A stretch of 63,324 nucleotides of DNA, counting the filler, from Limisphaerales bacterium (GTDB lineage: Bacteria; Verrucomicrobiota; Verrucomicrobiia; Limisphaerales; SIBE01): the NCBI GenBank assembly GCA_044225505.1. It is 7 parts of 7 records of this genome, joined end to end, with 100 filler letters (N's around TTAATTAATTAA, not from the genome) between each part and the next. Parts side by side here need not be neighbours in the genome. Positions count along the whole stretch, not along the records: positions 18,618 to 27,700 come from JBGAIN010000249.1; positions 27,801 to 36,705 come from JBGAIN010000250.1; 5 more parts are not named here. One strand, given 5' to 3'. Of the stretch, positions 18,953 to 29,147 are shown in pieces (within the stretch, counting starts at the first letter, position 1; each line of letters opens with the position of its first letter). The notes beneath the pieces are model-generated. The model was given only the letters and a program-made list of their open reading frames with translations. It did not search any database and was not told the origin of the DNA. The position numbers were made by a program, and so were the translations under genes.

Positions 18953-21268
18953 ATGCCCGGGCCAGCGTCTTTGACCACCTCGCCAACGGAGATCCTCGTT
19001 GTCGATGACGATCGTGGTTTTTTGCGGTTGGTCGAAAAGACCTTACAGCGGGAGGGATTTGCGACCGCGGGCGCAGGCTCATTCCAGGAAGCCGTGGACT
19101 GGTTGGACTCGCATCGGCCTGATCTCATGCTGCTGGACTTAAAGCTGGAGGATATTGGAGGGAAAGAACTCATCGACTATCTCACCGTCAACGGCAAGTC
19201 TGTCCCCTTCATTATCATGACCGGGCAAGGCGACGAGCGCGTCGCTGTGGCAATGATGAAGCGAGGAGCCATCAATTACCTGGTCAAGGATGCGGAATTC
19301 CTTCAGTTGGTCCCTGAAGAGGTTCGTCGCGCTTTAGGGTTGCTTGAACGCGACAAAAAGCTGGCCGCCGCTGAGGAAGCCTTGCGACGGAGCGAAGGGA
19401 ACCTCGCCCGCGCTCAGCAAATTGCCCATTTGGGCAGTTTTGAGATCAATGCGTCAACGTCGCAGGTCGATTACTGTTCCGAAGAGATTCTTCGTATTCT
19501 CGGAATCGAGCCCGGGCACGCCTCCGAACTCGGATTGGGCGCCATCGAGAAAACTGTCTATGTGGCAGACCTCACTCGGTATCAAGAGACGTTGCGCCGC
19601 GCCCTGCAGAACGCGGAACCGTTTCGGCTGGATTATCGGGTGGTTCGACCAGACGGCTCGTTGCGACATGTCCAGTCCGTAGTTGAGCCGATTGCGGACG
19701 GGCGGAACCGTGTCAGCAAGTTGGTCGGAACCCTTTTAGATATCACCGAGAGAAAACAGGCGGAGCTCAGGCAGCAAATCCAATTCGCGACCACTCGCGT
19801 CTTGGCCGAATCCGCCACTTTAAAAGAGGCGGCGCCCGCGCTTTTGGAGGTAATGAGCAAAGCCCTGGAATGGGAGCACGGGGAGCTTTGGCAGGTTGAC
19901 ACGCATCGCCAGACCCTGAGTTGTGTCGAGTGCTGGACTGGCACAGAGACCGGCGGAGTCGGGAAACCGCCGAGTCAAGCCGCGCTTGGGCCCGATCTAC
20001 CGACGGTAGTTGCACAAGCCGCGCACCCACTTTGGGTGCCGGATCTCGCGCGCTATGCCTCGCTGAATCGAGCAGCCCTCGCCCGGCTTGAAGGGATGCA
20101 AAGTGCCGCTGCGGTGCCAGTGCTGATGGGGACTGACGTTTTAGGGACCCTGGTCTTCTACTCCCGCGAAATTCGGCCAGCGGACGAGGCTCTGCTTCAA
20201 ACCCTGGCCGCACTGGGCAGCCAACTGGGTCAGTTCATCGAGCGAAAGCGTACTGCAGAAGCCCTCCAAAAGGAAAATGCGTTCACGGCCGCAGTCCTGG
20301 ACACCTCAGCCGCATTGGTGGTGGTTCTGGACCGAAATGGGCAGATAGTCCGCTTCAATCGTGCCGCGGAGCAAACGACGGGCTATTCGACGGCAGAAGT
20401 GCGTGGAAGATTTGTCTGGGATCTTTTTCTCGCCGGTGACGAGAAAACATCTACCCAAGCGCTTTTTGGCGATCTCGTCGCCAGCCGCTTCCCAAATCAA
20501 AGAGAGAATTTCTGGCTGACGCGGGGTGGGGATAAACGGCTCGTGGCCTGGTCCAACAGTGCGCTGCGCGATATATCAGGGGCAGTGGAGTACGTCATCA
20601 GCATCGGGATTGACGTCACGGAGCAACGTCGCCTCGAGCGCGAGATTCTGCAGGTCACCGATACCGAGCAGCGCCGCATCGGCCAGGATCTGCACGATGG
20701 ACTTTGCCAACATCTCGCGGCGACTGAATTGATGAGCGAGACTTTGGAACGTAGGCTGGCACGCAAGTCAAAGGCCGATGCCCGTCGCGTCGCCGAGATT
20801 GCCAAACAAGTTCGCGAGGCGATCAGCCAGACCCGGTTATTAGCTCGGGGTTTGGTGCCTGTCGTCCTGGAGTCGGAAGGATTAATGTCGGCGCTCGAGC
20901 AGCTTGCGGACTACAGCCAGAGAATGTTCCGCGTGAACTGCGTGTTCCGTTGCGAAAAGCCGGTGCTGATCCAGGACCACACCATCGCCACGCACCTTTA
21001 CCGGATCGCCCAGGAAGCGGTCTCGAACGCCATCCGGCATGGCAAAGCCAAGCGGATCGTAATTACCTTCCGGCAGATGGAGGAAGCGGTCGTGCTGGAG
21101 ATTAAAGATGCCGGCGTGGGGCTGACCAACGATACCACCCGAGGAAACGGCATGGGCCTGCGTATTATGCGGTACCGCGCCAGCATGATCGGGGGATTTC
21201 TCACGATTGAAAGTGAACCTGGGGTCGGTACTACCGTGCAGTGCACGCTCCGGACTAAGCTGATTTAG
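18953..21268 (+). CDS. Hybrid sensor kinase REC-PAS-GAF-PAS-HisKA_3-HATPase
   Basis: VVDDD...LLDLKL receiver, PAC motifs, RIGQDLHDGLCQHL, QEAVSNAIRH, DAGVG and GMGLRIM. Confidence 0.93.
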   Translation: MPGPASLTTSPTEILVVDDDRGFLRLVEKTLQREGFATAGAGSFQEAVDWLDSHRPDLMLLDLKLEDIGGKELIDYLTVNGKSVPFIIMTGQGDERVAVAMMKRGAINYLVKDAEFLQLVPEEVRRALGLLERDKKLAAAEEALRRSEGNLARAQQIAHLGSFEINASTSQVDYCSEEILRILGIEPGHASELGLGAIEKTVYVADLTRYQETLRRALQNAEPFRLDYRVVRPDGSLRHVQSVVEPIADGRNRVSKLVGTLLDITERKQAELRQQIQFATTRVLAESATLKEAAPALLEVMSKALEWEHGELWQVDTHRQTLSCVECWTGTETGGVGKPPSQAALGPDLPTVVAQAAHPLWVPDLARYASLNRAALARLEGMQSAAAVPVLMGTDVLGTLVFYSREIRPADEALLQTLAALGSQLGQFIERKRTAEALQKENAFTAAVLDTSAALVVVLDRNGQIVRFNRAAEQTTGYSTAEVRGRFVWDLFLAGDEKTSTQALFGDLVASRFPNQRENFWLTRGGDKRLVAWSNSALRDISGAVEYVISIGIDVTEQRRLEREILQVTDTEQRRIGQDLHDGLCQHLAATELMSETLERRLARKSKADARRVAEIAKQVREAISQTRLLARGLVPVVLESEGLMSALEQLADYSQRMFRVNCVFRCEKPVLIQDHTIATHLYRIAQEAVSNAIRHGKAKRIVITFRQMEEAVVLEIKDAGVGLTNDTTRGNGMGLRIMRYRASMIGGFLTIESEPGVGTTVQCTLRTKLI

Positions 21269-21279
21269 AACTGCTCGCC

Positions 21280-21960
21280 ATGACAACGGCAAAAAAGCCC
21301 AAGAAATCCAAACACGCGATCTTCATCGTCGATGATCATCCGATGATGCGCCAGGGCTTGGCGCAATTGATCAACGGCGAACCTGACTTGATTGCGTGTG
21401 GCGAAGCCGAAAATGCGCAACAGGCGTTGCAGTTTGTCGGGAGCAATCCTCCGGAGCTGATGTTGGTGGACATCTCACTTCCGGACAAGCACGGGTTGGA
21501 GCTGATCAAGGACTTGCGAGCGCTCCATCCGAATTTGGCGATTTTGGTGGTGTCCATGCATGATGAATCGCTTTATGCCGAGCGGGTGCTGCGTGCAGGC
21601 GGAAATGGCTACATCATGAAACAGGAAGGCGGCAAGAAGATGATTCAGGCTATCCGGACCGTCCTCAGCGGACAGATCTATGTCAGTGAAAAAATGTCGG
21701 CCAAGATTCTGGAAATCTTCTCCGGTCGTCGATCGGACGCAGCCCGTTCCCCGATCGAAAAGCTGACCGATCGAGAATTCGAGGTGTTCCAGTTGATCGG
21801 CCAAGGCAAAGGAACGCGCCAGATTGCAGAAACGCTTCATCTGAGCGTCAAGACGGTTGAGGTTCACCGGCTTCACATCAAGGGCAAGCTCGAGCTCACC
21901 GACGCGCCCTCTCTAGTCCGTTACGCCGTACGTTGGGTGGAGACTCAGAAAACCGAGTGA
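21280..21960 (+). CDS. NarL/LuxR-family response regulator
   Basis: IVDDHP receiver and LTDREFEVFQLIGQG...SVKTVEVHR HTH. Confidence 0.95.
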   Translation: MTTAKKPKKSKHAIFIVDDHPMMRQGLAQLINGEPDLIACGEAENAQQALQFVGSNPPELMLVDISLPDKHGLELIKDLRALHPNLAILVVSMHDESLYAERVLRAGGNGYIMKQEGGKKMIQAIRTVLSGQIYVSEKMSAKILEIFSGRRSDAARSPIEKLTDREFEVFQLIGQGKGTRQIAETLHLSVKTVEVHRLHIKGKLELTDAPSLVRYAVRWVETQKTE

Positions 21961-22039
21961 CGCTCGCGTTGGAGGCCCCGGTCGCAAAACCTCCCAAAAC
22001 GAAACGGCGAAGCCCTTTTCCAGTTACCGAAACGACGCG

Positions 22040-23170
22040 CTAGTGAACTTGAGGAGCCCCCGAAGCCTCTCTTAAGCCGACAATCCTCAAATCCACGAGC
22101 TCCCCGGGACGCAGGGTTTGCGGCGTCGGAACGCTGACAAGGACGGGAAGTCCCACCTCGTGCACCTGGCCGTTGGAGACAACCGAGAGAGCTGAGCTGA
22201 TCGGTTCCATCTGTACGCCCACCTCCAGGATTTCGGCCTGGGTTACGCAACGGCCAGCAGCCCGGCTCCGCACTTCCACGAGCATCCCAACTTGTGGTTG
22301 GAACGCCAGCGGCTGTCGAACATATCCGACAATGCGGTCCGACGTGAGTGCGGTTAAAGTCACAATCGCTTCTCCCGCTACGATGGCTTCACCAGAGCGA
22401 TGGTGAATGGCCGTTATCGTGCCATCCATCGGCACCATAAGTTTGACGGGACTGAGCTCGGCTTCGGTTAGGCGCAGTTTTTCCTCCTGCACCCGGATGG
22501 AGGCTTGCATCACATCTTCCGGCTTGGTCTCGCGCGGGTAGGAAGAGCCGTCTGCCGCCAACCCGAGCACCTTCAACTTTTGCTCTTGCTCGGCCACCAA
22601 GCGATTGCGCTCGTCAACCTCGGCCCGAAGACTTTCGCGAGTGGACCGGGCCGTGTCGAGTACTTGCTGAGAGACCACCTTTTCTCTGAACAATTCCTCA
22701 GCGCGACGAAGTTCAGACTCGGCCAATTCCAGTCGAACTCGGGAAGTCACGAGGTTGACTCGTTGCTCCATCCAATCGAGCCGCAGACGATCGTAGGTGA
22801 CGGCGAATCGTTGCTGGCCGAGCACCGGCTCCAAGTTCACGCGCATAAGCCCGATTTCCGCTTGAATGACCGCGAGTGACGACTGCAGGATTTGCGGATC
22901 GGTCGTGACGACTTGGGCAATAACTTCACCAGCTCGGACGCGCTGTAACCGAGTCACGTTCAGTTGCGATAGTTGTCCGGACTTCGGGCTCGAGATGTTC
23001 GAGTGCACGGTTTCAACTTGACCCACCAAAGTCGGAGCAGCCAGGTTGTCGCGCCACATGACAGCAACGGTGATCGCCGCCGCCACGAAGAGGACGACGG
23101 GGACAAACCGAACGCGGATTTCGCGCCAGACTTGCGATGGGGGTGTGGGAATGGGAGTAAGACGATCCAT
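22040..23170 (-). CDS. HlyD-like membrane fusion protein
   Basis: N-terminal TM helix, lipoyl halves (ISSPKSG...VRAGEVI; VPMDGTI...GEAIVAGE) around a long coiled coil. Confidence 0.8.
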   Translation of the reverse strand: MDRLTPIPTPPSQVWREIRVRFVPVVLFVAAAITVAVMWRDNLAAPTLVGQVETVHSNISSPKSGQLSQLNVTRLQRVRAGEVIAQVVTTDPQILQSSLAVIQAEIGLMRVNLEPVLGQQRFAVTYDRLRLDWMEQRVNLVTSRVRLELAESELRRAEELFREKVVSQQVLDTARSTRESLRAEVDERNRLVAEQEQKLKVLGLAADGSSYPRETKPEDVMQASIRVQEEKLRLTEAELSPVKLMVPMDGTITAIHHRSGEAIVAGEAIVTLTALTSDRIVGYVRQPLAFQPQVGMLVEVRSRAAGRCVTQAEILEVGVQMEPISSALSVVSNGQVHEVGLPVLVSVPTPQTLRPGELVDLRIVGLREASGAPQVH

Positions 23171-23176
23171 AGTGGT

Positions 23177-23863
23177 TTAGAGCTCCGACTCATCCTCAGC
23201 CTTCAGGCTGGTAACCCGGGAGACGCCGCCCAGTTCCCGCAATTCCCGGAGCAAATCTTCGACTCGATCAGCATTGCGCAACAGCAGTCGGTAGGACAGG
23301 TCGGTCCCTTCATAGCCTTCGTTAGAACGTTGGCTGGCACAATGCGCTTTAAAGCTATGACGCGCCAAAAGTCGGTTCAGGTCTGCCAAATCCGTCAACG
23401 GTCTGGCCCAGTGCAGATTGACCAGCAGATCGTAACGATGACGACTGCCAAACGCCGTATACCAAAGCCCGAGAAAGACAACCACGATGACACCACAGCC
23501 GATGACCGCGGTCGTGAATTTCTGAGTCCCGCAGGCCATGCCCAGGACGATGACGGAGAGAACAAAAGTAGTATCCAGCGTGTCCCTGAGAATATTACGA
23601 AACCGAACAATTGCAAAAACGGCCATCAACCCAAATGCCGTTACCAGGTTGTTGTTCAGGACCTGCATCACCAGGGCCACCAGGATGGGCATGACCACCA
23701 AGGAATTGACGAACGATCGTGAGTAAGAAAGCCCGGAATGGGTTAGCATGTAAACCCAGGCAATCGTCTGTCCGCAAAGCAACGCCAGGAGCAGACCCAA
23801 GATCAGGGTCGTCACATTGATCGGCACCAAACTGTAATCGCCACGAAATATCCAATCACTCAT
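23177..23863 (-). CDS. DUF4956 membrane protein
   Basis: AFGLMAVFAIVRFRN motif; start overlaps the VTC gene stop. Confidence 0.88.
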   Translation of the reverse strand: MSDWIFRGDYSLVPINVTTLILGLLLALLCGQTIAWVYMLTHSGLSYSRSFVNSLVVMPILVALVMQVLNNNLVTAFGLMAVFAIVRFRNILRDTLDTTFVLSVIVLGMACGTQKFTTAVIGCGVIVVVFLGLWYTAFGSRHRYDLLVNLHWARPLTDLADLNRLLARHSFKAHCASQRSNEGYEGTDLSYRLLLRNADRVEDLLRELRELGGVSRVTSLKAEDESEL

Positions 23864-24705
23864 CTCAAATCAGGAAGTAAAACATCCGGGCACCGCTTCA
23901 ATAGGAATTCTTTCCGAGCTTTAAGCTGCTCTTGCGCGTCGGCATCCACCGGCGAAATTATCCCTGACGAAAGCCGCTGTTCCCCTAGCAAGGCCACGCC
24001 GTCCGCATACTTCGCCGCGGAGCATTGGGTCAGATTAAATACTCGGACCAAGTCACGAAACCAATCCGGGTAACGACCGGTAAACTTCAACTCCAGCACC
24101 ACACTCTTTCCGAACACAATGGCCGGGTTGATAAGGGCAGTCGACAGCCGGGCGGTCGGTTCTGGATCGCAACGAACGTCGCGGTCCATCGTGACTCGTA
24201 CGCTGTTATTATGCGGACTGATCCACGCCTCTCGCAAATAGGCCACATGTGCCTTGGGTTTGGCATGGTGCTGGTTCATCAGCTCACTAAAGCGTTGCAA
24301 CGCAGCAAGCTGTTTCGGGTCAGTGGAAATCAAATGAGCCGGCTCGGGCAGGTGACCCGCTAGAATCCAAGCCACCGCATCGCGACGTACGCCCCCCCGC
24401 TGTTTGAGGATGGCATCGTTCATTCGGCGCTTAATCTCAAAATAGACGGGCGCTGAGGTCCGATTCTCGTAAAATCGCAACCGCAGCTTATACCGGTTCT
24501 TGTTCCCGTTGATCGTGTTCCAATACAACGTCAACTCATCCGAGTCCAGATACAGACTGTGCACTGGATAGGAAAGATTGGGCAGCGTGGCCCCAAATTC
24601 GTCGATCTCAAGATAGCTCCGCACAAACTCTCGGACCTGCAACGCAACCTCTTCCGGAATAATATACTTAAGCTCAAGGCGTTGCAGTTGGAGTTTATCT
24701 TGCAT
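23860..24705 (-). CDS. VTC (polyphosphate polymerase/CYTH-like) domain protein
   Basis: RLELKY, SLYLD, RYKLRLRFY, FEIK, Y.REA, RVTMD, VLELKF and KY. Confidence 0.9.
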   Translation of the reverse strand: MQDKLQLQRLELKYIIPEEVALQVREFVRSYLEIDEFGATLPNLSYPVHSLYLDSDELTLYWNTINGNKNRYKLRLRFYENRTSAPVYFEIKRRMNDAILKQRGGVRRDAVAWILAGHLPEPAHLISTDPKQLAALQRFSELMNQHHAKPKAHVAYLREAWISPHNNSVRVTMDRDVRCDPEPTARLSTALINPAIVFGKSVVLELKFTGRYPDWFRDLVRVFNLTQCSAAKYADGVALLGEQRLSSGIISPVDADAQEQLKARKEFLLKRCPDVLLPDLR

Positions 24706-25094
24706 CTTGGAGTTGCGGAGAACTCACCCGCTGGAGCCAGGGGTGGCGCTCAAAGTTTTTCGTTCTTCATCCAATCTCGCTCACGATGTCCTAATTCAAT
24801 CGCCATTCGGTCCGAGCCACCCAAAACAGGACGGCTCAGGAACCTCTTTGAGGCTCCTGCCGCTGAAAGACGGTCGCTCAGTGGTGCCACGGTAAAGGTG
24901 CGCAAAAAGGCAAGCATCCATAACGTTTCACCAACCCATAATAAAAGCAGAATTAGTACCATTACTTCCACCCCAGAACTGTTCCTCTTCAGATTCTCAA
25001 GTCAGTCTCTCGTTTCTAGCCGTCGCTCCTGGCCCTCCACACATCGCTTAGTATCCAATCTCCCGTCCGCTCCGTCCATTCCACACGTAGCTCA

Positions 25095-25247
25095 TCACAT
25101 GAATGGATAGAGAAATGGCGATAACACACTACCTGACGAGACAACCATCAATGCGCCCAGCGCGAGCAAAACCACCACCAAGGGCAATAGCCACCACTTC
25201 TTCTCCTGCCTCAAAAACAGAAAGAATTCTTTGATCAAGGGCCACAT
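25095..25247 (-). CDS. DUF5989-like small membrane protein (50 aa, not in ORF track)
   Basis: Manual translation MWPLIKEFFLFLRQEKKWWLLPLVVVLLALGALMVVSSGSVLSPFLYPFM*. Confidence 0.85.
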   Translation of the reverse strand: MWPLIKEFFLFLRQEKKWWLLPLVVVLLALGALMVVSSGSVLSPFLYPFM

Positions 25248-25589
25248 GGACGCCTGTTTTTAGCTCAGCCCCTGCTCAATGGCAAGGGCAGCGCACCATT
25301 CTCACCTGTGAGAACACCTTTTGTCCAGGTCGACAATCCTTACCCCGAATTGGCATTCACCCTCGTTATAAACCTTTGACTGAAAATACAATGCAAGTTT
25401 TAAGCTTCCGTTCCTAGCCGATTCCATGCCCCACCTCAAATCCTCCGACAGTGGCAGTCTCATCGAATTACCAGGGATTGGCCCGCCGTCAAACACCCGA
25501 GGTCCGCCACTCATCGGCAACGTATTGGCGCTCGCCTCCTCGCCACGCCCTCCAGCTGCCGACTCTTTAGTCTTCATTCGCTCTAAACT

Positions 25590-25655
25590 CGATGAGAACC
25601 CGATGAGAACCCTATCAGACCCCTATCGGGATGCTGTGAGCAAGCTGTGAGCATA
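25590..25655. repeat. Degenerate 11-bp-period tract (three pairs of units)
   Basis: cgatgagaacc x2, ctatcagaccc/ctatcgggatg, ctgtgagcaag/ctgtgagcata. Confidence 0.7.
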
Positions 25656-25888
25656 GGGCTGTCAGGCTGAATGCGAGCCATCTAGAGTGGTGTCCTCCCG
25701 CTGGGCAAGGGACGAATAGCTCTCCTTTGTTTGAGATCTCACTCGAAAAGACATAAACTATTGAGCGGCAACAGCCACCCAATGAGAGCAATTTGCTCTC
25801 ACTCTCTCAACCCATGGATCATGAACGGACGAAAAGGGTAGGCACCAAGAAAGCAAGAAAGCCTCGGTGACGTGAAACGCCTTGTTTT

Positions 25889-27079
25889 TTGCAGGCCAGT
25901 ATCTTTCTCTCATGCGTCGCGGAGCCGGTGGCTCCTAACGGGTTCATTTCCGATCATTTGAAAGGTCTCAAGCACATCTTTGCGCTCGCGCCGGATTGTC
26001 ATACGCCGAAGAGCTACCCTCACCTTGCGTGGCGAAGACACATCTACGAGGGATTACGACGCTATACGGAGATTCTCGTGATCCCTGAGCACCTGGATTT
26101 TTCCTGGGCGCGTCAGGGACATGGTTTGGATCTGACTCCGTACCAGGGCCAGAGGCAGAAAAACAGTGAATTGGCGTGGGAGTCGATTCAAGCAGCGCAC
26201 CGGGAGCATGGGCTCGACGCAGTCATCTCCTACTGCTTCGAATTCGATATTCTGCCAGAACTAGTGCAGCAAACGACTCGACTGGGAATTCCCTGGATCA
26301 ATTTCTTCTGCGACAGCACCCATATGTTCGAGAAAGTGGAACCCTTAGCGAGAGTAGTCTCGCTCAATTGGTTCCCGGAAGGCGCGGCGGAGGATCGGTA
26401 TCGCGCATTGGGAGTTCCCTATTTGTGTGCTGGCTACCCCTGGAATCCGGACTGGTTGCCGGACTTGCGGAACCGTCGGCCGGTCCGAACGGCGGCTTTT
26501 ATTGGGTTACCCACGGCCAACCGAATTACGCAACTCGGTTGGTTGCGGGTGCGGGGGTGTCCGTTAGAGATTCGAGGTCACGGCTGGGTGGGCGGGGAAA
26601 AGACACCGTTCTACAGTCCCAAGCCGGCGCGAAAGCGGCTTTTGCAGGCGCTGTTCAAAGCCAATCTGCTCGAAAAGGTCTACCGTCGCTTGCTTTGGCC
26701 GCTCGTTCGACCGTGCGCGCGTGGTCCCTTGCCGGATGAGGAGTTTCAGGATTATGTGAGAGACTGTTTGGTGATTCTCGGTCTGAACCAAGCGCCCGAT
26801 CCTCAAGGCCGGCTGAGTAGCTATCTCAAGTTCCGCGACATGGAGTTCCCAGGGTACGGCTGCTGCTATTTGACGGAACATAACTCGGACATTGCTCGCG
26901 TTTTTGACGTGGGCAAAGAGATTCTCACTTTTCAGAGTATCGGCGAAGCCGCCCAACAGATCCGTCGTATGCATCGCCATCCGGACGAAGCACGAGCCGT
27001 GGGAGAAGCTGGCAGACACCGCATTCTTAACGAACACAATTGGGGCGTTCGCCTGCAACAATTAGCCGCCAAACTCTGA
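25889..27079 (+). CDS. CgeB-like glycosyltransferase (Glyco_trans_1_2)
   Basis: C-terminal LKFRDMEFPGYGCCYLTE...FDVGKEI...RILNEHNW. Confidence 0.8.
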   Translation: MQASIFLSCVAEPVAPNGFISDHLKGLKHIFALAPDCHTPKSYPHLAWRRHIYEGLRRYTEILVIPEHLDFSWARQGHGLDLTPYQGQRQKNSELAWESIQAAHREHGLDAVISYCFEFDILPELVQQTTRLGIPWINFFCDSTHMFEKVEPLARVVSLNWFPEGAAEDRYRALGVPYLCAGYPWNPDWLPDLRNRRPVRTAAFIGLPTANRITQLGWLRVRGCPLEIRGHGWVGGEKTPFYSPKPARKRLLQALFKANLLEKVYRRLLWPLVRPCARGPLPDEEFQDYVRDCLVILGLNQAPDPQGRLSSYLKFRDMEFPGYGCCYLTEHNSDIARVFDVGKEILTFQSIGEAAQQIRRMHRHPDEARAVGEAGRHRILNEHNWGVRLQQLAAKL

Positions 27080-27182
27080 ACCTTCACCAGACCCGCTCGG
27101 GGAATTGATCGTTTGCCGGCGGACCTAACGGTGGGATTCTCCGGCCGAGCTTTGGCGGTGCGAAAGTCTGCTGATCGAACTA

Positions 27183-27700
27183 TTAAGTGCGGAAACGCTG
27201 CGCGATCGGAATCCGGCGTCCCATCCCGAAAGCGCGCGGTGAGACTTTCAGGCCGGGCGCTGCTTGACGCCGTTTATACTCGCTGAAAGTCACTTTGTTG
27301 ATGACATCACTCACCACCGCTGGGTTAAAACCACGTTTGATAATCTCGTCGCGACTCAAGTCTTTCACGACGTAGGCGTCCAGAATCTGGTCGAGTATTT
27401 CGTAAGGAGGCAACGAATCCTGATCTTTTTGATCCGGGCGCAATTCGGCACTCGGAGGCTTGGTAATGCTGTCCACGGGGATGATGACTCGATCGCGATT
27501 GACCCAACGCGCGATCTGGTAGACTTCCGTCTTAAATAGGTCAGCAATCACCGCCAGCGCGCCGCACATATCTCCGTAAAGAGTACAGTACCCCACAGCT
27601 AGTTCGGACTTGTTTCCTGTGGTTAGAACCAGGAAACCGAACTTGTTGGAAAGCGCCATCAACGTCACGCCACGAATGCGGGATTGGACGTTCTCCTCGG
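27183..27700 (-). CDS. nadE: NAD+ synthetase, C-terminal fragment
   Basis: [44 protein letters not shown] and EYKRRQ. Confidence 0.95.
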
Positions 27701-27832
27701 NNNNNNNNNNNNNNNNNNNNNNNNNNNNNNNNNNNNNNNNNNNNTTAATTAATTAANNNNNNNNNNNNNNNNNNNNNNNNNNNNNNNNNNNNNNNNNNNN
27801 GATGCTGGAAACTTGAATTCTACCCGGCCCTG

Positions 27833-28564
27833 TTATCGCCGGGCAAAAACATGGAGCAGGGTGCGCAGCTCTGCCTCCACCTCGCGCGGCGAATCGACCG
27901 TGTGCGCGACTTCTTCGCGGAGAAGTTCACCATACCGATTACGAAACCGCTGCACCATTTTTCGCACAGCAGCTTCTGTCACCCCAAAATTTCCCGCCAG
28001 TTCAGCGTAGGCTTTCGGTTGGCCCGTCGTTGAGAGATGTGCGCGCAGTGCCTCAAAGATGTTTGTCTTGCCGGCCCGAACCATTTCGATTCGCAACCGG
28101 TCAAGAGCCGAATCGAGAAGCGTTATGGCCCAGCGCTGGTCAAAAGCCTGCTCCGGCGAGTCCGCTGCCGCCGGTTCTATTCGCAGTCGCTCTTCGGCAG
28201 AAAGCGCGTCGAAGGAAATGATTTGCTTGCCCGCACCGCGTTTTTGCGCTTGTGATTTGTCCCAAGCATTCGCCAGGAAATGATTTAAGCACGCAAGCAG
28301 ATAGGCCCGAAACCGACCCCGTTCCTTCTGAACCTGGCCAAGAGCATCCGTGGCGAGAAAGCGTGCGAAGAACTCCTGCGTCAGATCCTCTGCGTCCGCC
28401 GGATTGAACGATTTCGCCCGGACGTAGGCGTAGAGCGGCAACCAATACGCCCTGCAGAGTCGCTCGAGCGCGTCCTGAGAGTCAGGAGATCGGTGATCCC
28501 CTGCGGCGAGAACAACGCTCCACCGCGTCGTGGCGAAGATGCCAGGCTCGTCCTCCGTAGGCAC
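27833..28564 (-). CDS. ECF sigma factor (PVC type)
   Basis: FATTRWSVV, YWLPLYAYVR, AEDLTQEFF and region-4 YAELA; likely GTG start at 28564. Confidence 0.9.
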   Translation of the reverse strand: MPTEDEPGIFATTRWSVVLAAGDHRSPDSQDALERLCRAYWLPLYAYVRAKSFNPADAEDLTQEFFARFLATDALGQVQKERGRFRAYLLACLNHFLANAWDKSQAQKRGAGKQIISFDALSAEERLRIEPAAADSPEQAFDQRWAITLLDSALDRLRIEMVRAGKTNIFEALRAHLSTTGQPKAYAELAGNFGVTEAAVRKMVQRFRNRYGELLREEVAHTVDSPREVEAELRTLLHVFARR

Positions 28565-28970
28565 TTGATGCTTATGGGCTCGGTGGTGACGTCGGTCAAG
28601 CTCAAACAGTCGAACGACCGGCATTGAACAGGATCGCAATACACTGTCGATCCGTTCCACGTCCAGCGTGTGGGCCACTTCCCAGATATCATCTCGCGGA
28701 CCTTTGATTGAAGTGCTGTGTCGCCGATCAAGTGCCATCCTCGTTGGCCTGCCCTGGACCGCCGGACGCATTCAGACATCAACCCGAGATAGAGCGACTG
28801 GCTGGGAGACCTGTCGCACATGCCCGGAGCAAATTGCTCCTGGATTCGGTTACGCCGCCGCGACGCGATTGGGACGATCCCGCAGATCCTCGATCGCTGG
28901 ATGGGGCTGGATGTGCCCCCCCACGGTGGGTGGGATGAAGGGCGACGAAGGCGGGGGAGGACAAGGAGAA

Positions 28971-29040
28971 GGATTACGAGGAGGATTACGAGGAGGATTA
29001 CGATTACGATTACGATTAAGATTAAGATGAAGATTACGAG
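28971..29040. repeat. GATTAC/GAG low-complexity tract; second tract at 30281-30322
   Basis: (gattacgaggag)n followed by (gattac/gattaa)n. Confidence 0.9.
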
Positions 29041-29105
29041 GGAAAGACCAAGACGGAAACGGTTGGGGAATAGGAAGATGTCGAGTTATCGGCACGTCTA
29101 GACAG

Positions 29106-29147
29106 AAAAGCGCCAGAGGGCTGGCGCACTCCAAGACGCTGGCGCGC
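29106..29147. repeat. REP-like palindrome; inverted partner at 30039-30078
   Basis: gcgccag-aggg-ctggcgc-actccaagacgctg versus cagcgtcttggagt-gctccag-cct-ctggagc. Confidence 0.8.
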
